DNA from: Elusimicrobiota bacterium
GTDB taxonomy: Bacteria; Elusimicrobiota; Elusimicrobia; UBA1565; UBA9628
DNA: 64,000 nucleotides
Reading direction: 5' to 3'
Assembly (NCBI GenBank): GCA_026388095.1
Contig: JAPLKL010000018.1
Location: 38,388 to 102,387 of the forward strand
In this document: positions 1 through 14,006 of the stretch, in pieces
How the letters are laid out: every line of letters starts with the position of its first letter
How positions within the stretch are numbered: position 1 is the stretch's first letter
Notes under the pieces: model-generated
Told to the model about the DNA's origin: nothing
The model's database searches: none
What the model saw: the letters and a program-made list of their open reading frames with translations, nothing else
Position numbers and translations under genes: made by a program

Positions 1-3147
<3,147 letters not shown>

Positions 3148-3151
<4 letters not shown>

Positions 3152-4104
3152 CTTCGCCCCCCTGTCCTGGCCATGTCCCGCAGGACCCGCCGCGCCGCGG
3201 AGTCCGGGTCCGTGCGCCGGCTGGCCAGGTCCTCCAGGAGCTTGCGCAGAGTTCCTTCGCTCTTCAGCCTTTCCGAGAGCAGCTCTTTGCAGCCGGTCTC
3301 CAGCCGCTCCAGGAAAGCCGCCCGGGCCATGCCGCGCGAGCGCTCCGCCCACCCCCCGCCGGCCCGCAGCGCGCAGCGGTGCGCGCCGACGCACCCGAAG
3401 AGCCGGCCGATCCCGGCGCCGGAGAGCGCGCAAGTCTTGACCACTTCGCACGCCTTGCCTTCCAGCGCCCAGCGCAGGCCCCGCAGCAGAGCCTCGCAGC
3501 CCGGCCGATCGCATTTATTGACCACATAGATGTCGCCGATCTCCAGCACTCCCGCCTTGATGGCCTGGATCTCGTCGCCCATGCCGGGGGCCAGCACCAC
3601 CAGGACGGTATGCGCCGCGCCGGCCACCTTGACCCCGTCCTGCCCCACGCCCGCGGTCTCGACGAGGATGAGGTCCTTGCCCATGGCGTCCATGACCGTC
3701 ACGGTAGCGAAGACCGAGCGCGACAGGCCGCCCAGGCTGCCGCGGCTGGCCAAAGAGCGGATGAAGACCTTCTCGTCGCGGGCATGACGCTGCATGCGCA
3801 CGCGGTCGCCCAGCACGGCCCCGCCGCTGATGTGGCTGGTGGGGTCCACGGCCACCACGCCGACGCTGAGGCCTTGGCCGCGCGCCGAGGCGACCAAAGC
3901 GTCGGCCAAAGTGGACTTCCCGCAGCCCGCGGGCCCGGTGAGGCCCACCACGTGGGCCCGGCCCGCCGCCGCGTAGAGCTTGCGCAAGACCGCCTGCGCG
4001 GCCGGGACGCCGTCGTCCAGGTCCCGCATAAGTCCGGCCGCGGCCCGGACCTCGCCCCGCAGCACGCGCCGCGCCCAGACCGCGCCCGTGATTTTTCGCG
4101 TCAT
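3148..4104 (-). CDS. meaB: MeaB/ArgK-type G-protein chaperone for B12 mutases
   Basis: P-loop [20 protein letters not shown] and NKCD motifs. Lies directly upstream of the carboxyltransferase and mutase genes. Confidence 0.85.
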
Positions 4105-4178
4105 TTATTGGTCAGATTATGCGCAGATTCCATCTGCACAAGCATATGGTATCATTCCACCCAGAGGCGCACAACGGC

Positions 4179-4961
4179 ATGGAATACGAGACCATAAAAC
4201 TTGAGAAGAGGGGCAAGGTCGCCGAGGTGCGGCTCAACAGGCCCGAAGTGCGCAACGCCTTCAACGCGGCCATGGTGCGCGAGGTGCGCGAGGTTTTCGC
4301 GGCCCTGGCCTCCGACGCATCGGTGCGCGCCGTCGTCATCGTGGGCGAGGGCAAGTCCTTCTGCGCGGGCGTGGACTTGAAGTGGCTCGGCGGCGGGGTG
4401 GACTTGCCGCGCGAGAAGCACCTGGCCGAGACCATGGACATCGCGCGCATGTTCCGCGCGATCTACGATCTCGACAAACCCGTGCTGGCCGGGGCCCAGG
4501 GCACGACTTTGGGCGGCGGCGTGGGCTTCCTCGGCGTGGCGGACATCGTGTTCGCGGCCCAGGACGCGGTCTTCGGCTTGAGCGAGGTCAAGATCGGCGT
4601 GGTGCCGGCCTGCATCTCGCCCTACCTCCTCCTGCGCGCGGCTCGGCCCAGCCGCCTCAAGGAGCTCTTCATCAGCGGCAAACGATTCAACGCCCAGGAA
4701 GGCCGATCCGTAGGGCTGGTGGACTACGTCGTCGAATCCGGCAAGCTCGTCCAGGAAGTCCGGGACATGGCCTCCTCCTTCCTCGATGCGGGCCCCCGGG
4801 CGCAGGGGGTCTGCAAGGAGCTCTTCCGCAGGGTGCCGGGGATGCCCCTCGACGAGGCCATGCGCTACACCGCCGAAGTCTTGGCGGACGTCAAGACGGG
4901 CGAGGAGGCTCGGCGCGGCATCGCCGCCTTCCTGCAGAAAAAGGAGATCCGCTGGGACTGA
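4179..4961 (+). CDS. enoyl-CoA hydratase/isomerase family protein (methylglutaconyl-CoA hydratase-like paralogue)
   Basis: MEYETIKLEKRGKVAEVRLNRPEVRNAF...GEGKSFCAGVDLKW...GGGVGFLG...EVKIGVVPACISPYL. Clear paralogue of the hydratase at 36644..37429. Start taken at the ATG at 4179. Confidence 0.8.
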   Translation: MEYETIKLEKRGKVAEVRLNRPEVRNAFNAAMVREVREVFAALASDASVRAVVIVGEGKSFCAGVDLKWLGGGVDLPREKHLAETMDIARMFRAIYDLDKPVLAGAQGTTLGGGVGFLGVADIVFAAQDAVFGLSEVKIGVVPACISPYLLLRAARPSRLKELFISGKRFNAQEGRSVGLVDYVVESGKLVQEVRDMASSFLDAGPRAQGVCKELFRRVPGMPLDEAMRYTAEVLADVKTGEEARRGIAAFLQKKEIRWD

Positions 4962-4992
4962 TCCGCGCGACGACGGGCCGGCGGTGCGCCGT

Positions 4993-7900
4993 TCACAGGC
5001 TGCGCCGGTACTCCCCTCCGGTCTCGAATAGAGTCCCGGTGATCTGCCCCAAAGAGCAGGCCTTGGCCGCCTCCATGAGGGCCGCGAACACGTTCTCATT
5101 GCCCAAAGCGCAGCGGCGCAGCTCCTGCAGCAGAGCCGGGGCGCGGTCCGCCTGGGCCTTGTGCAGGTCGCGCAGGGTCCGTATCTGCCGCTGCATCTCG
5201 GCCGGCGCGGCCCGGGTGACCTCCTTGGGCCGGGCGGTGGGCGAGCCGTGGGGCGAGAGGAAGGTGTTGACCCCCATGATGGGGATCTGCCCGCTGTGCT
5301 TGAGGGACTCGTAGCGCAGGGACTCCTCCTGGATCTTGCCGCGCTGGTAGGCCGTCTCCATGGCGCCCAGAGCCCCGCCGCGCTCGCTCAAGCGCTCGAA
5401 CTCGCCCAGCACGGCTTCCTCCACCAGGTCGGTGAGCTCCTCGATGATGAAGGAGCCTTGCAGGGAGTTCTGGTTCTTGGTCAGGCCGTACTCGCGGTTG
5501 ATGATGAGCTGCACGGCCAGGGCCCGGCGCACCGACTCCTCGGTCGGCGTGGTGATGGCCTCATCGTAGGCGTTGGTGTGCAAAGAGTTGCAGTTGTCGT
5601 AGATCGCGCCAAACGCCTGCAAAGTGGTGCGGATGTCGTTGAACTCGATGTCCTGGCTGTGCAGGGAGCGGCCCGAGGTCTGGCAGTGGTACTTGAGCCT
5701 CTGCGACTGCGCGTTGGCCCCGTAGCGCCGCTTCATGGCCTTGGCCCAGATGAGCCGCGCCACCCGGCCGATGACCGAATACTCCGGGTCCATGCCGCTG
5801 GAGAAGAAGAAGGACAGGTTGGGCGCGAAGGCGTCGATGGGCATGCCCCGCGAGAGGTAGTGCTCCACGTAGGTGAAGCCGTTGGCCAAGGTGAAGGCCA
5901 GCTGCGTGATGGGGTTGGCCCCGGCCTCCGCGATGTGATAGCCCGAGATGGACACGGAGTAGAAGTTGCGCACCTGGTTGGAGATGAAGTACTCCTGCAC
6001 GTCGCCCATGAGCTTGAGGGCGAAGTCGATGGCGTAGATGCAGGTGTTCTGGGCCTGGTCCTCCTTGAGGATGTCGGCCTGCACCGTGCCGCGCACCACG
6101 GCCAAGGTGTCGGCCTTGATGCGCGCGTAGACCTCGGGAGGCAGGACCTGGTCTCCGGTCATGCCCAGCAGCAGCAGGCCCAGCCCGTCGTGGCTCTCGG
6201 GGAAGCGGCCGTGGTAGGCGGGCGCCTTGAGGCCCCGGCTCCGGTAGAAGCGCGCGATCTTCTCGCGCAACTGGCGCTCCTTGCCCTCGCGCCGGATGTG
6301 CAGCTCGCACTGCTGGTCCACGGCCGCGTTCATGAAATAGGCGGCCATGACCGGGGCCGGGCCGTTGATGGTCATGGACACCGAGGTGCGCGGGTCGGCC
6401 AGGTCGAAGCCGGAGTAGAGGCGCTTGGCGTCGTCGAGGCAGGCCACGGACACGCCCGAGTTGCCCAGCTTGCCGTAGATGTCGGGCCGGAGGTCCGGGT
6501 CGGAGCCGTAAAGGGTCACGGCGTCGAAGGCGGTGGAGAGGCGCTTGGCGGCCATGCCCCGGGAGAGGTAGTGGAAGCGCCGGTTGGTCCGCTCCGGCCC
6601 GCCCTCGCCCGCGAACATGCGCGTGGGGTCCTCGCCCTCGCGCCGGAACGGGAACACCCCGGCCGCGTAGGGGAACTCGCCGGGCAGGTTCTCCTTGAGC
6701 ATCCAGCGCAGGAGGTCCCCCCAACCCTGGCAGCGCGGCAGGCCGACCTTGGGTATGCGCAGTCCGGAGAGGGACTGCTCGCCGGTCTTGACACGGACCG
6801 CCTTGCCGCGCACCTCGTAGACGAACTCCTCGCCGCGGTAGCAGGCGGCCTTATCGACCCAGCCCTCCAGGGCCTTGAGGTTGGCCGACTCGAGGCGCTG
6901 CTCCGCTTCCCGGCCCGCCGTCTCAAGGCGCCCGTCGCAAGGGACAGATTCCGCGGCCTGGCGCAGGGCCTGAACCCTCGCCGCCGCGTCGGCCTGCTCT
7001 TGCGCCCAGCGGTTGTAGCCTCGGACGGTCTGGCTGATCTCGGCCAGGTAGCGCACGCGGTCCGTGGGGATGATGGGGACGTGGTCCCGGGCCTCCTCCA
7101 CGGAGGCCCCGGCGGCCTCGAGGCCCCAGCCGGAGATGTCGGCAAGCCGCACCAGCAGGGCCCGATAGAGCCGGTCCACGCCCTGGTCCGCGAACTGGGA
7201 GGCCCGGGTCGCGAACACCGGCGCGTCCGCGCCGGCGGCCGAGCCCTGGCGGCGGCTGTAGGCGTACTGCTTCTTGACGTCGCGCAGGGCGTCGTCGGCG
7301 CCGCGCTTGTCGGCTTTGTTGATGGCCACCAGGTCGGCGTAGTCCATCATGCCGATCTTCTCGAGCTGGGTGGGGGCCCCGAACTCCGGGGTCATGACGT
7401 AGAGGGAGACGTCGCTGTGGTCCACCACCGCGGTGTCCGACTGCCCGATGCCCGGGGTCTCCAGGACGATGAGGTCGAAGCCGGCCGCCTGCAGGACCGC
7501 GAGCACGCCGTCGATGCAGGCGGGCAGGCCGGAGGCCTGGTCGCGCGTGGCCATGGAGCGCATGTAGACGCGGGGCGAGTCTATGGCGTTCATCCGGATG
7601 CGGTCGCCCAAAAGGGCCCCGCCGGTCTTGCGCTTGGAAGGGTCCACGGACACGATGGCCACGGTGCGCTCCGGGAAATCGTTGAGGAAGCGGCGCAGGA
7701 GCTCGTCTATAAGGGATGACTTGCCTGAGCCGCCCGTGCCCGTGACTCCGAGCACCGGGGCCGCCGGACCCCCGCGCGCCAGGCGCGCGAGCAGGGCTTT
7801 GGCCTCCGCCGGAGAGTCCTCCACGGCGGAGATGAGCCTGGCCAAGGCCGCCGGGTCGCGCTTGGCGATGCGCTCGGGGGTGACGGCCTTGAGCCCGCGG

Positions 7901-8367
7901 GCCGGCAGGTCGCAGGCGCGCAGGAGGTCGTTGATCATGCCCTGCAGGCCGAGTTGGCGGCCGTCGTCCGGGGAGTAGATGCGGGCCACGCCGTAGTCGT
8001 GCAGGGCCTCCATCTCCCTGGGCAGGATCACCCCGCCCCCGCCGCCGAAAACCTTGATGTGGCCGCAGCCGCGCTCGCGCAGCAGATCGAGCATGAACTT
8101 GAAGAACTCCATGTGGCCGCCCTGGTAGGAGGTCACGGCCACGGCCGCCGCGTCTTCCTGGACCGCGCAGTCCGCCACCTCGCGCGCGGAGCGGTTGTGG
8201 CCGAGGTGGATGACCTCCGCGCCGGTGGCCTGGAGTATGCGGCGCATGATGTTGATGGCCGCGTCGTGCCCGTCGAAGAGCGCGGTGGCGGTCACCACGC
8301 GGATGCGGCGCCGGGTCCGGCAAGGCTCGGTCTCGGGCCTAGGCGCGACCGCTGTCTTTGTCGTCAT
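4993..8367 (-). CDS. icmF: fused isobutyryl-CoA mutase (B12-binding domain + MeaB-like GTPase + mutase catalytic domain)
   Basis: N-terminal B12 domain ([19 protein letters not shown]). G domain ([25 protein letters not shown]). C-terminal mutase domain ([39 protein letters not shown]). The ATG at 8367 overlaps the stop of the upstream gene. Confidence 0.9.
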   Translation of the reverse strand: MTTKTAVAPRPETEPCRTRRRIRVVTATALFDGHDAAINIMRRILQATGAEVIHLGHNRSAREVADCAVQEDAAAVAVTSYQGGHMEFFKFMLDLLRERGCGHIKVFGGGGGVILPREMEALHDYGVARIYSPDDGRQLGLQGMINDLLRACDLPARGLKAVTPERIAKRDPAALARLISAVEDSPAEAKALLARLARGGPAAPVLGVTGTGGSGKSSLIDELLRRFLNDFPERTVAIVSVDPSKRKTGGALLGDRIRMNAIDSPRVYMRSMATRDQASGLPACIDGVLAVLQAAGFDLIVLETPGIGQSDTAVVDHSDVSLYVMTPEFGAPTQLEKIGMMDYADLVAINKADKRGADDALRDVKKQYAYSRRQGSAAGADAPVFATRASQFADQGVDRLYRALLVRLADISGWGLEAAGASVEEARDHVPIIPTDRVRYLAEISQTVRGYNRWAQEQADAAARVQALRQAAESVPCDGRLETAGREAEQRLESANLKALEGWVDKAACYRGEEFVYEVRGKAVRVKTGEQSLSGLRIPKVGLPRCQGWGDLLRWMLKENLPGEFPYAAGVFPFRREGEDPTRMFAGEGGPERTNRRFHYLSRGMAAKRLSTAFDAVTLYGSDPDLRPDIYGKLGNSGVSVACLDDAKRLYSGFDLADPRTSVSMTINGPAPVMAAYFMNAAVDQQCELHIRREGKERQLREKIARFYRSRGLKAPAYHGRFPESHDGLGLLLLGMTGDQVLPPEVYARIKADTLAVVRGTVQADILKEDQAQNTCIYAIDFALKLMGDVQEYFISNQVRNFYSVSISGYHIAEAGANPITQLAFTLANGFTYVEHYLSRGMPIDAFAPNLSFFFSSGMDPEYSVIGRVARLIWAKAMKRRYGANAQSQRLKYHCQTSGRSLHSQDIEFNDIRTTLQAFGAIYDNCNSLHTNAYDEAITTPTEESVRRALAVQLIINREYGLTKNQNSLQGSFIIEELTDLVEEAVLGEFERLSERGGALGAMETAYQRGKIQEESLRYESLKHSGQIPIMGVNTFLSPHGSPTARPKEVTRAAPAEMQRQIRTLRDLHKAQADRAPALLQELRRCALGNENVFAALMEAAKACSLGQITGTLFETGGEYRRSL

Positions 8368-10268
8368 AGCGCTGCCTCCAATATCTCCGCCAGGTCCTTG
8401 ACCGCGAGGTTCTCCAGGCTCTGGTCCTTCACGCCGGTCTCCAGCATGCTCAGGCAATACGGACAGGAGGTGGCGATGACTGAAGCCTTGGTCTGGTGGA
8501 GCTGGCGCACCCGCTCATGGTTGACGCGCGGGCCTTTCTCCTCCACCCAGAAGAGGCCTCCCCCGGCGCCGCAGCAGAAGCCGGTCTCGCGGCAACGCGA
8601 GGGCTCCACGGCCTGCGCGCCGCCCACCGCTGCCAGGAGTTCCCGCGCCGGGTCGTACACGCCGTTGGCGCGGCCCAGATAGCAAGAATCGTGGATAACG
8701 ACCCGCGTGTCGGGCCCGGACTTGGGCTTGAGCTTGCCCTGCAGGACCAGGCCCTGGAGCAGTCGGGTGTGGTGCAGGACCTCGAAGCTCCCGCCGAAGT
8801 CGGGGTATTCGTTCTTGAAGGTGTTGAAGCAGTGGGGGCAAGGGGTGAGGATCTTCTTGACCTTGAGCTCGTTGAGCAGGGCCGTGTTCTGCTCGACCAA
8901 GGACTGGCCCAAAGCCTCCTCGCCGAGGCGCCGCGCGGTCTCGCCGCAGCAGAGCTCCTCCTCTCCCAGCACGGCGAACGAGACTCCGGCCTTCTTGAGC
9001 AAGGAGACCAGGCTGCGGCTGACCTTGACGGCCCGGTCGTCGAGACTGGCCGCGCAGCCGAAGTAGAGCAGGTACTCGGCCGGAGCCTGGCGCCAGAGGG
9101 GCAGGTCCAGCCCCTTGGCCCACTCCGCGCGCTTGGCCGCGCCGAGGCCCCAGGGGTTGGAGTTGTTCTCCAGGCCCTTGAAAGCGCGCCTGACCTCGGC
9201 CGGGAAGCGCGCCTGCATGAGCACCTCGCTGCGCCGCAGGGAGTTGATGCGCTGCACGTGGGAGATGCTCACCGGGCAGGCCTGCTCGCAGGCCTGGCAG
9301 GTGGTGCAGGCCCAGAACTCCTCCGGCGTGACCGAGGCGGGCGCCAACTCCTCGGGCTCCCCGCCCTTGCCGTTGATGAGGCGGCCGGCCTCGCGCTTGA
9401 GGCAGTCCTTCTGCGCGGTGATGATCTCGCGCGGAGCGAGCTTCTTGCCCACGCCGTTGGCCGGGCAGGCCTCGTTGCAGCGGCCGCACTCGGTGCAGCT
9501 GTAAAGGTCCAGGCCGTCCTTCCCAGTGAGCTGATCGACATGGGGCGTGCCGAAGACGTCTACTTTCTCGTCGGCGAGGTCGAGCTTGGTGAGCCTGCCG
9601 CCGCGATGCAGCGGCCGTAGGTAAACGTTGAAGGCGGAGGTGAGGATGTGCATGTGCTTGCCCGTGGGCAGGTAGGCCAAGAAGACCAGGATGCCTAAGC
9701 AGTGGACCCAGAGAGCGGCGTGGCCGGCCGCGGCCGGGGCCTTGCCGCTCAAAGCGGCGGAGAAGAGCATGTCGCTGAGCATGAGGGTGAGGATCATGAG
9801 CAGGACGAAGAGGGCCTCGCCGGTGTTGCGCAGGCGCTTGACGCGCTGGATGTAGCGGCGGAAAAGGGCCAAGAGGATCATGAGCGTGACCGCGATGTTG
9901 GCGCCGTCCTTGACCACGCCGTAGGCCCGGCCGAGCAGCGCGTCGGGACCGAGGAAGGGGAGGTGGAACCCGAAGCCCCCGCCCAAAGCCATGCCGAAGA
10001 GGGTGAGGGCCCGCAGGAGCAAAGCGCAGAAGCCCCAGAATATGAGGGCGTGCATGAGGCCGGGCACGGGGTCCTGGAAGAGCTTCTTCTGGCCGAGGAA
10101 GATGGTCAGGAACTCCTGGATGCGCCGGGGGTGGTCCGCGACCGGATCAGGGACCGGGGCGAGAGCCTGGAGGAGCCTGGTCTTTCGGTAGACCGCGCGG
10201 CTGAACACTGCCAGAGAGATAGGAAGGGCGATGCCTACGACGACCGCGTCGGCTGCGTGCCAATGCAT
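8364..10268 (-). CDS. membrane-bound Fe-S oxidoreductase, HdrD/GlpC/DsrK-like (candidate ETF:quinone oxidoreductase of syntroph type)
   Basis: Hydrophobic multi-helix N-terminal third. Two ferredoxin motifs, [12 protein letters not shown] and [12 protein letters not shown]. Two CCG-type Cys-rich domains (LCCGET...CPHC and FCCGAGGG...CPYC). Confidence 0.85.
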   Translation of the reverse strand: MHWHAADAVVVGIALPISLAVFSRAVYRKTRLLQALAPVPDPVADHPRRIQEFLTIFLGQKKLFQDPVPGLMHALIFWGFCALLLRALTLFGMALGGGFGFHLPFLGPDALLGRAYGVVKDGANIAVTLMILLALFRRYIQRVKRLRNTGEALFVLLMILTLMLSDMLFSAALSGKAPAAAGHAALWVHCLGILVFLAYLPTGKHMHILTSAFNVYLRPLHRGGRLTKLDLADEKVDVFGTPHVDQLTGKDGLDLYSCTECGRCNEACPANGVGKKLAPREIITAQKDCLKREAGRLINGKGGEPEELAPASVTPEEFWACTTCQACEQACPVSISHVQRINSLRRSEVLMQARFPAEVRRAFKGLENNSNPWGLGAAKRAEWAKGLDLPLWRQAPAEYLLYFGCAASLDDRAVKVSRSLVSLLKKAGVSFAVLGEEELCCGETARRLGEEALGQSLVEQNTALLNELKVKKILTPCPHCFNTFKNEYPDFGGSFEVLHHTRLLQGLVLQGKLKPKSGPDTRVVIHDSCYLGRANGVYDPARELLAAVGGAQAVEPSRCRETGFCCGAGGGLFWVEEKGPRVNHERVRQLHQTKASVIATSCPYCLSMLETGVKDQSLENLAVKDLAEILEAAL

Positions 10269-10371
10269 TTACAGTCTCGTGCGCGCGAAGTGAAATATAG
10301 CATTTTCCCCCGTTCAGGGACGCTGAGAGAAGTCACGAAAGTCCCGGCTCGGGCCCACGCGTCCGGCACAC

Positions 10372-10436
10372 ATATATCGTTCGGGATATAATCGCTTCCA
10401 CCGCTGAAGGCGAATATATCGTTGAGGATATCATCG
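10372..10436. promoter_or_regulatory. two 23-nt direct repeats, each with an internal ATATC-N6-GATAT inverted repeat; candidate operator pair
   Basis: ATATATCGTTCGGGATATAATCG at 10372-10394 and ATATATCGTTGAGGATATCATCG at 10414-10436 (20 of 23 identical, starts 42 bp apart). They sit in the A/T-rich 376-bp gap upstream of the Fe-S oxidoreductase/icmF genes. Confidence 0.35.
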
Positions 10437-10644
10437 GGCCGCTGAGCAATCGTTAAGCCCGCCGGGATCCTACGTTTTTAAAAATATTGCTGATAATATC
10501 GGCATTATTCGCATCGCGCGCGCGATGTGAATTGTGCTATGAAAATAAACAAGATTTTTTCAGAAACATAGGGAAACCCGCTCGCGCAACGCGACAATCC
10601 CGACATTATCGGCGGCGGACTGTGCAATGCGACAGAGTGCTTGA

Positions 10645-11886
10645 TCAGCCCCGGCGCAGCACCAAGGCGACCACGGTCTTGTCGTCGCCGCCCATGTTGA
10701 TGGACAGCCCGTAAGGCCGGTCCTTGGGAATGTCGATCTGGTTGGCGCCGGCCTTGCCCGTGAGTTGCTCCCACAAGGTCACGGCCTGGTGCACCCCCGT
10801 CGCTCCCGTCGGATGGCCCCAGCCCACGAGTCCGCCCGTGGTGTTGAACGGGACCTTACCTGTGCGCGCGGTCTCTCCGGCCGACACGAAGTCGGGACCT
10901 TCTCCCGGCTTGGCCAAGCCGATGGCCTCGGTGGCCAGAACACCCGCGATGGTGAAGCAGTCATGCGTCTCCACCGTGGCCAAATCCGAAGCCTTGATGC
11001 CCGCTGATTCCAGGGCCTGCGCCGCGGCGCGGCGCGTGGTCTCCAAGGCCGTCAGGTCGGCCGGCGGCTTGGTCAGATCCGCCTCCACCTGGCCCCAACC
11101 CACCACTTCCACGGCTTCATTCTTCGGTATGCCCGCGCGCTTGAGGCCCTCCTCGGAGACGATGGCGATGGCAGAGGCGCCGTCCGACACCTTGGAGCAG
11201 TCATAGACGTTCAAGTGCTCCACGAAATTCCTGGGGTCCGGCTCGGTCAAAGCCAAAGCCTCGAGGTCCTTGGTGGTGTTGTGGTGCTCCTGGGCCGTGG
11301 GGCACAGGCGCGCGTTCTCCACAGCGTTTCGGTACCAGCGCGCCATGGCCTGGCGGGTGCGCTGCCGGCCGTGCTTGGCGAAATAGGCCCCGGCCCGGTC
11401 GCTGAACTTGCCCGGGAAGAAGTAGGCGTGCCCGGCCTTGCGCTCCTGGCTCCAGCCCGCGGTGGCCAAAATGTCGGCCCCGTAGACCGCCTTGACCGTG
11501 TTCTGCACCTCCACGCCCAGGCACAGCGAAACCTCCGCGGTCTCGGCCAGCACGGACTTGATGCCTGACATCAAGGCCAGAGCGCCGGAGCAGCAAGCGC
11601 CTTCGACGCGCGTGCAGGGCTTCCAGAGCAGGGCTTCGTCGATCATGGGGATAAGGGCGGCCAGGTTGCCCTGGCTGTTGAAGCGGCCGGCCATGAAGTT
11701 GCCGATGACGCCTTCATCAACCTTCGCCGCGCCGCCGATGCGCTTCAAGACCCCCTGGCCCGCCTCCCGGATGTAGTCCTCAAGCCCGGGCCGGGGCTTC
11801 TTGGGATGGAACTCCTTGCGCCCCGAGCCCATGGACACCGTGTTGCAGCCAGCCGCCAGGAAGACCTTCCGCCGGAGCTTGTTCAT
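10645..11886 (-). CDS. thiolase (SCP-x / non-specific type acetyl-CoA C-acyltransferase)
   Basis: RVEGACCSGALAL active-site Cys region. C-terminal HDCFTIAG and GGLVGWGHPTGATG motifs. Confidence 0.85.
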   Translation of the reverse strand: MNKLRRKVFLAAGCNTVSMGSGRKEFHPKKPRPGLEDYIREAGQGVLKRIGGAAKVDEGVIGNFMAGRFNSQGNLAALIPMIDEALLWKPCTRVEGACCSGALALMSGIKSVLAETAEVSLCLGVEVQNTVKAVYGADILATAGWSQERKAGHAYFFPGKFSDRAGAYFAKHGRQRTRQAMARWYRNAVENARLCPTAQEHHNTTKDLEALALTEPDPRNFVEHLNVYDCSKVSDGASAIAIVSEEGLKRAGIPKNEAVEVVGWGQVEADLTKPPADLTALETTRRAAAQALESAGIKASDLATVETHDCFTIAGVLATEAIGLAKPGEGPDFVSAGETARTGKVPFNTTGGLVGWGHPTGATGVHQAVTLWEQLTGKAGANQIDIPKDRPYGLSINMGGDDKTVVALVLRRG

Positions 11887-13235
11887 CGTGATACCTTCGC
11901 CTTGAAGTAGTCGTTGATCGGTCCGTAGGCGTGGAAGAAGCCGGTCAGCAGGACCTTATTGACGTCCTCGGGGCCCGCGGCCACGCCGTCCTTGACCAGG
12001 TTGAGCCCGATATCCCTGGAGCGCGCGCCGTAGCGCTTGGCCAGCTCCGCGCCCAAGGAGCTCATCTTGTCGAGCTTGCCGAAGAACTCGGCCAGCGCCT
12101 TATCCTTGGCGGGAAGGCGCGCGGCCGTCTTCCAGGCCAGGGCCGGCTCGGGCAGGGGCCCGAGCTTGGCGTCGCAGACGGCCTGGAACTCCGCGAGCGG
12201 GACGTAGCGCTTGGCCTCCGGGTCATAGACCCCGGTGCTGCGGCCCTTCTCATAGCGCAAAAAACCGTCCTTCTGGGAGCCGTCGTGGTTCTGTCCGCCC
12301 CGCACGCCTAGCGCCAGCAGCTTCTCCAGGAGCGGGCTCTTCAGGTCCTGGCCGGGCAGGCGCGGGTCCATGACCTTGAGGATGCACGCGCAGACGTCGA
12401 GGCCCACGTAGTCCACGAGCTGGAAGATGCCCATGGGCCGGACCAGGAAGTCCTGGCTCACCCGGTTGACGCAGTAGGCAGCCTGCACGAAGGGCATCTC
12501 TTTCGAGAGCCTCTCCAGCTCGGAGATGCCGTGGAGCATGTCGCGCATGAAGTGCCCGTTGCCGATGAAGCCGGCCTGGTCGCGGGAATGCACCACGGTC
12601 TTGCGCAGCTTCTTGGCCAAAGCCTCGGCGAAGGCCGCCACCTCGGGCAAAGCGGCCTGGCCGCGGATGAGCTCCACGAGCTTCTGCACCGCGGGCGGGT
12701 TGTAGAAATGGAAGCCCATGATGCGGCCCTGGAGCCCAGCCTTGGCGTCGAGCTCGGAGATCGGGATCGAGGAGGTGTTGGTGAAGACCCAGGGCTGCTT
12801 GGGGTTCTCCGCCGCGACCTGCCTGAGCAGCCTGAGCTTGAGGTCCAGGTCCTCGGTCGCGGCCTCGAAGACCACGCCGGCCTCGGCCGCGGCCGCCAGC
12901 ACCGTGACGGGCCGGACCACGTCGAGCACGTCCGTGACATACTGCTCGATGATGTCCCGGTTCTCCACCAGGTCGGCCCGGTCCGCGTAGGCCCGGCGCA
13001 GGCCCACGATGCGCTTCTCCGCGGTCTTGCGCACCTGCTCGCGCAGGTACTTCATGAGCCCGGACAGGGCCTTGGGGGACAGGTCCACCGCGTGCAGCAC
13101 GTAGCAGAGGGAGCGGTTCTCAGGCTGCAAAGCCAGGTCCGCCATCTCCTGGGCCATGAGCAGCACGATGCCGCTGCCCATCTTGCCCGCGGCGCCCAGC
13201 ACCGCCACTTTTTCGAGCCTTTCAGCGTAGTCCAT
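11883..13235 (-). CDS. 3-hydroxyacyl-CoA dehydrogenase (long form)
   Basis: N-terminal Rossmann motif VAVLGAAGKMGSGI, then FHFYNPP and the C-terminal 3HCDH-like region. ATGA overlap with the thiolase gene. Confidence 0.85.
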   Translation of the reverse strand: MDYAERLEKVAVLGAAGKMGSGIVLLMAQEMADLALQPENRSLCYVLHAVDLSPKALSGLMKYLREQVRKTAEKRIVGLRRAYADRADLVENRDIIEQYVTDVLDVVRPVTVLAAAAEAGVVFEAATEDLDLKLRLLRQVAAENPKQPWVFTNTSSIPISELDAKAGLQGRIMGFHFYNPPAVQKLVELIRGQAALPEVAAFAEALAKKLRKTVVHSRDQAGFIGNGHFMRDMLHGISELERLSKEMPFVQAAYCVNRVSQDFLVRPMGIFQLVDYVGLDVCACILKVMDPRLPGQDLKSPLLEKLLALGVRGGQNHDGSQKDGFLRYEKGRSTGVYDPEAKRYVPLAEFQAVCDAKLGPLPEPALAWKTAARLPAKDKALAEFFGKLDKMSSLGAELAKRYGARSRDIGLNLVKDGVAAGPEDVNKVLLTGFFHAYGPINDYFKAKVSR

Positions 13236-13238
13236 GGT

Positions 13239-14006
13239 TCACCATTTTGGTTGACGTTTTTCCAGGAAGGCCTTCATGCCCTCGGCCCCCTCGTTGCCGA
13301 ACAAGGAGCCGAAGTCCTCCGATTCCATCGCGCAGCCCGCGTCGAAGGAGCCCAGCAGTCCCTTGCGCACCAGGCGCTTGACCAGGCGCACGGCCTTGGG
13401 GCCCTTGGCCGCGATCTTCTTGGCCAGGCCCAGAGCCTCGGGCATGAGCTGCTCGGGCGCCACCACCTTCTGCACCAGACCCAGGCGCAGGGCGTCCTCC
13501 GCCCCGACCAGTTCGCCAGTGAGCAGGAGGTAAAGGGCGTTGCCCGCGCCCACCAGCCGAGGCAGGCGCTGGGTGCCGGCATAGCCGGGGGTGAGGCCCA
13601 GGTTCACTTCGGGCTGGCCGAACTTGGCGAAGGTGCTGGCGATGCGGAAGTCGCAGGCCATGGCCAGCTCGCAGCCGCCGCCCAAAGCGAAGCCGTTGAC
13701 GGCCGCGATCACGGGCACCAGAAACTCCTCCAGACTGCGGAAGGTGCGCTGCCCGACGCGCGAGAACTCGGAGCCGGCCCGGGAGTCCTTGTCGGCCATC
13801 TCCGCGATGTCCGCGCCCGCCACGAAGGCCTTGCCCGCGCCGGTGAGGACCAGCGCGCGCAGGCCGCTGTCCTGGGACAGGCCCGCCAGGAGGTCGTCGA
13901 GCTCCTGGAAGAAGCGCGTGTTGAGGGCGTTCATGGCCTGGGGCCGGCTGATGGTCACGACTGCGACGGCTTCCTGCTTCTCGACCTTGAGTATCTCGTA
14001 GTTCAT
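13239..14006 (-). CDS. enoyl-CoA hydratase (crotonase)
   Basis: C-terminal 255 aa of track ORF 13239..14747, from MNYEILKVEKQEAVAVVTISRPQAMNALN. Contains GAGKAFVAGADIAEM and NGFALGGGCELAMACD. The ATG at 14006 overlaps the etfA stop. Confidence 0.9.
   Translation of the reverse strand: MNYEILKVEKQEAVAVVTISRPQAMNALNTRFFQELDDLLAGLSQDSGLRALVLTGAGKAFVAGADIAEMADKDSRAGSEFSRVGQRTFRSLEEFLVPVIAAVNGFALGGGCELAMACDFRIASTFAKFGQPEVNLGLTPGYAGTQRLPRLVGAGNALYLLLTGELVGAEDALRLGLVQKVVAPEQLMPEALGLAKKIAAKGPKAVRLVKRLVRKGLLGSFDAGCAMESEDFGSLFGNEGAEGMKAFLEKRQPKW

Noticed and set aside
3152-3514. N-terminal extensions offered by the ORF track (for example 1586..3514, 13239..14747, 16962..20237, 19568..21160, 20551..23619, 23463..24689, 36644..37765, 40287..43007, 48815..51076, 51523..53319, 52113..53852)
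   Set aside because: The extensions are Arg/Gly/Pro-rich, overlap the preceding recognisable gene, and end where a start codon gives a canonical family N terminus, often with an ATGA overlap. Shorter starts were used.
10269-10644. Possible cobalamin riboswitch upstream of the Fe-S oxidoreductase/icmF genes
   Set aside because: No B12-box-like GCCACTG core or the expected GC-rich multi-stem architecture was seen. The region is A/T-rich with protein-operator-like repeats instead. The small ORFs 10487..10714 and 10505..10774 there are also rejected as chance ORFs.
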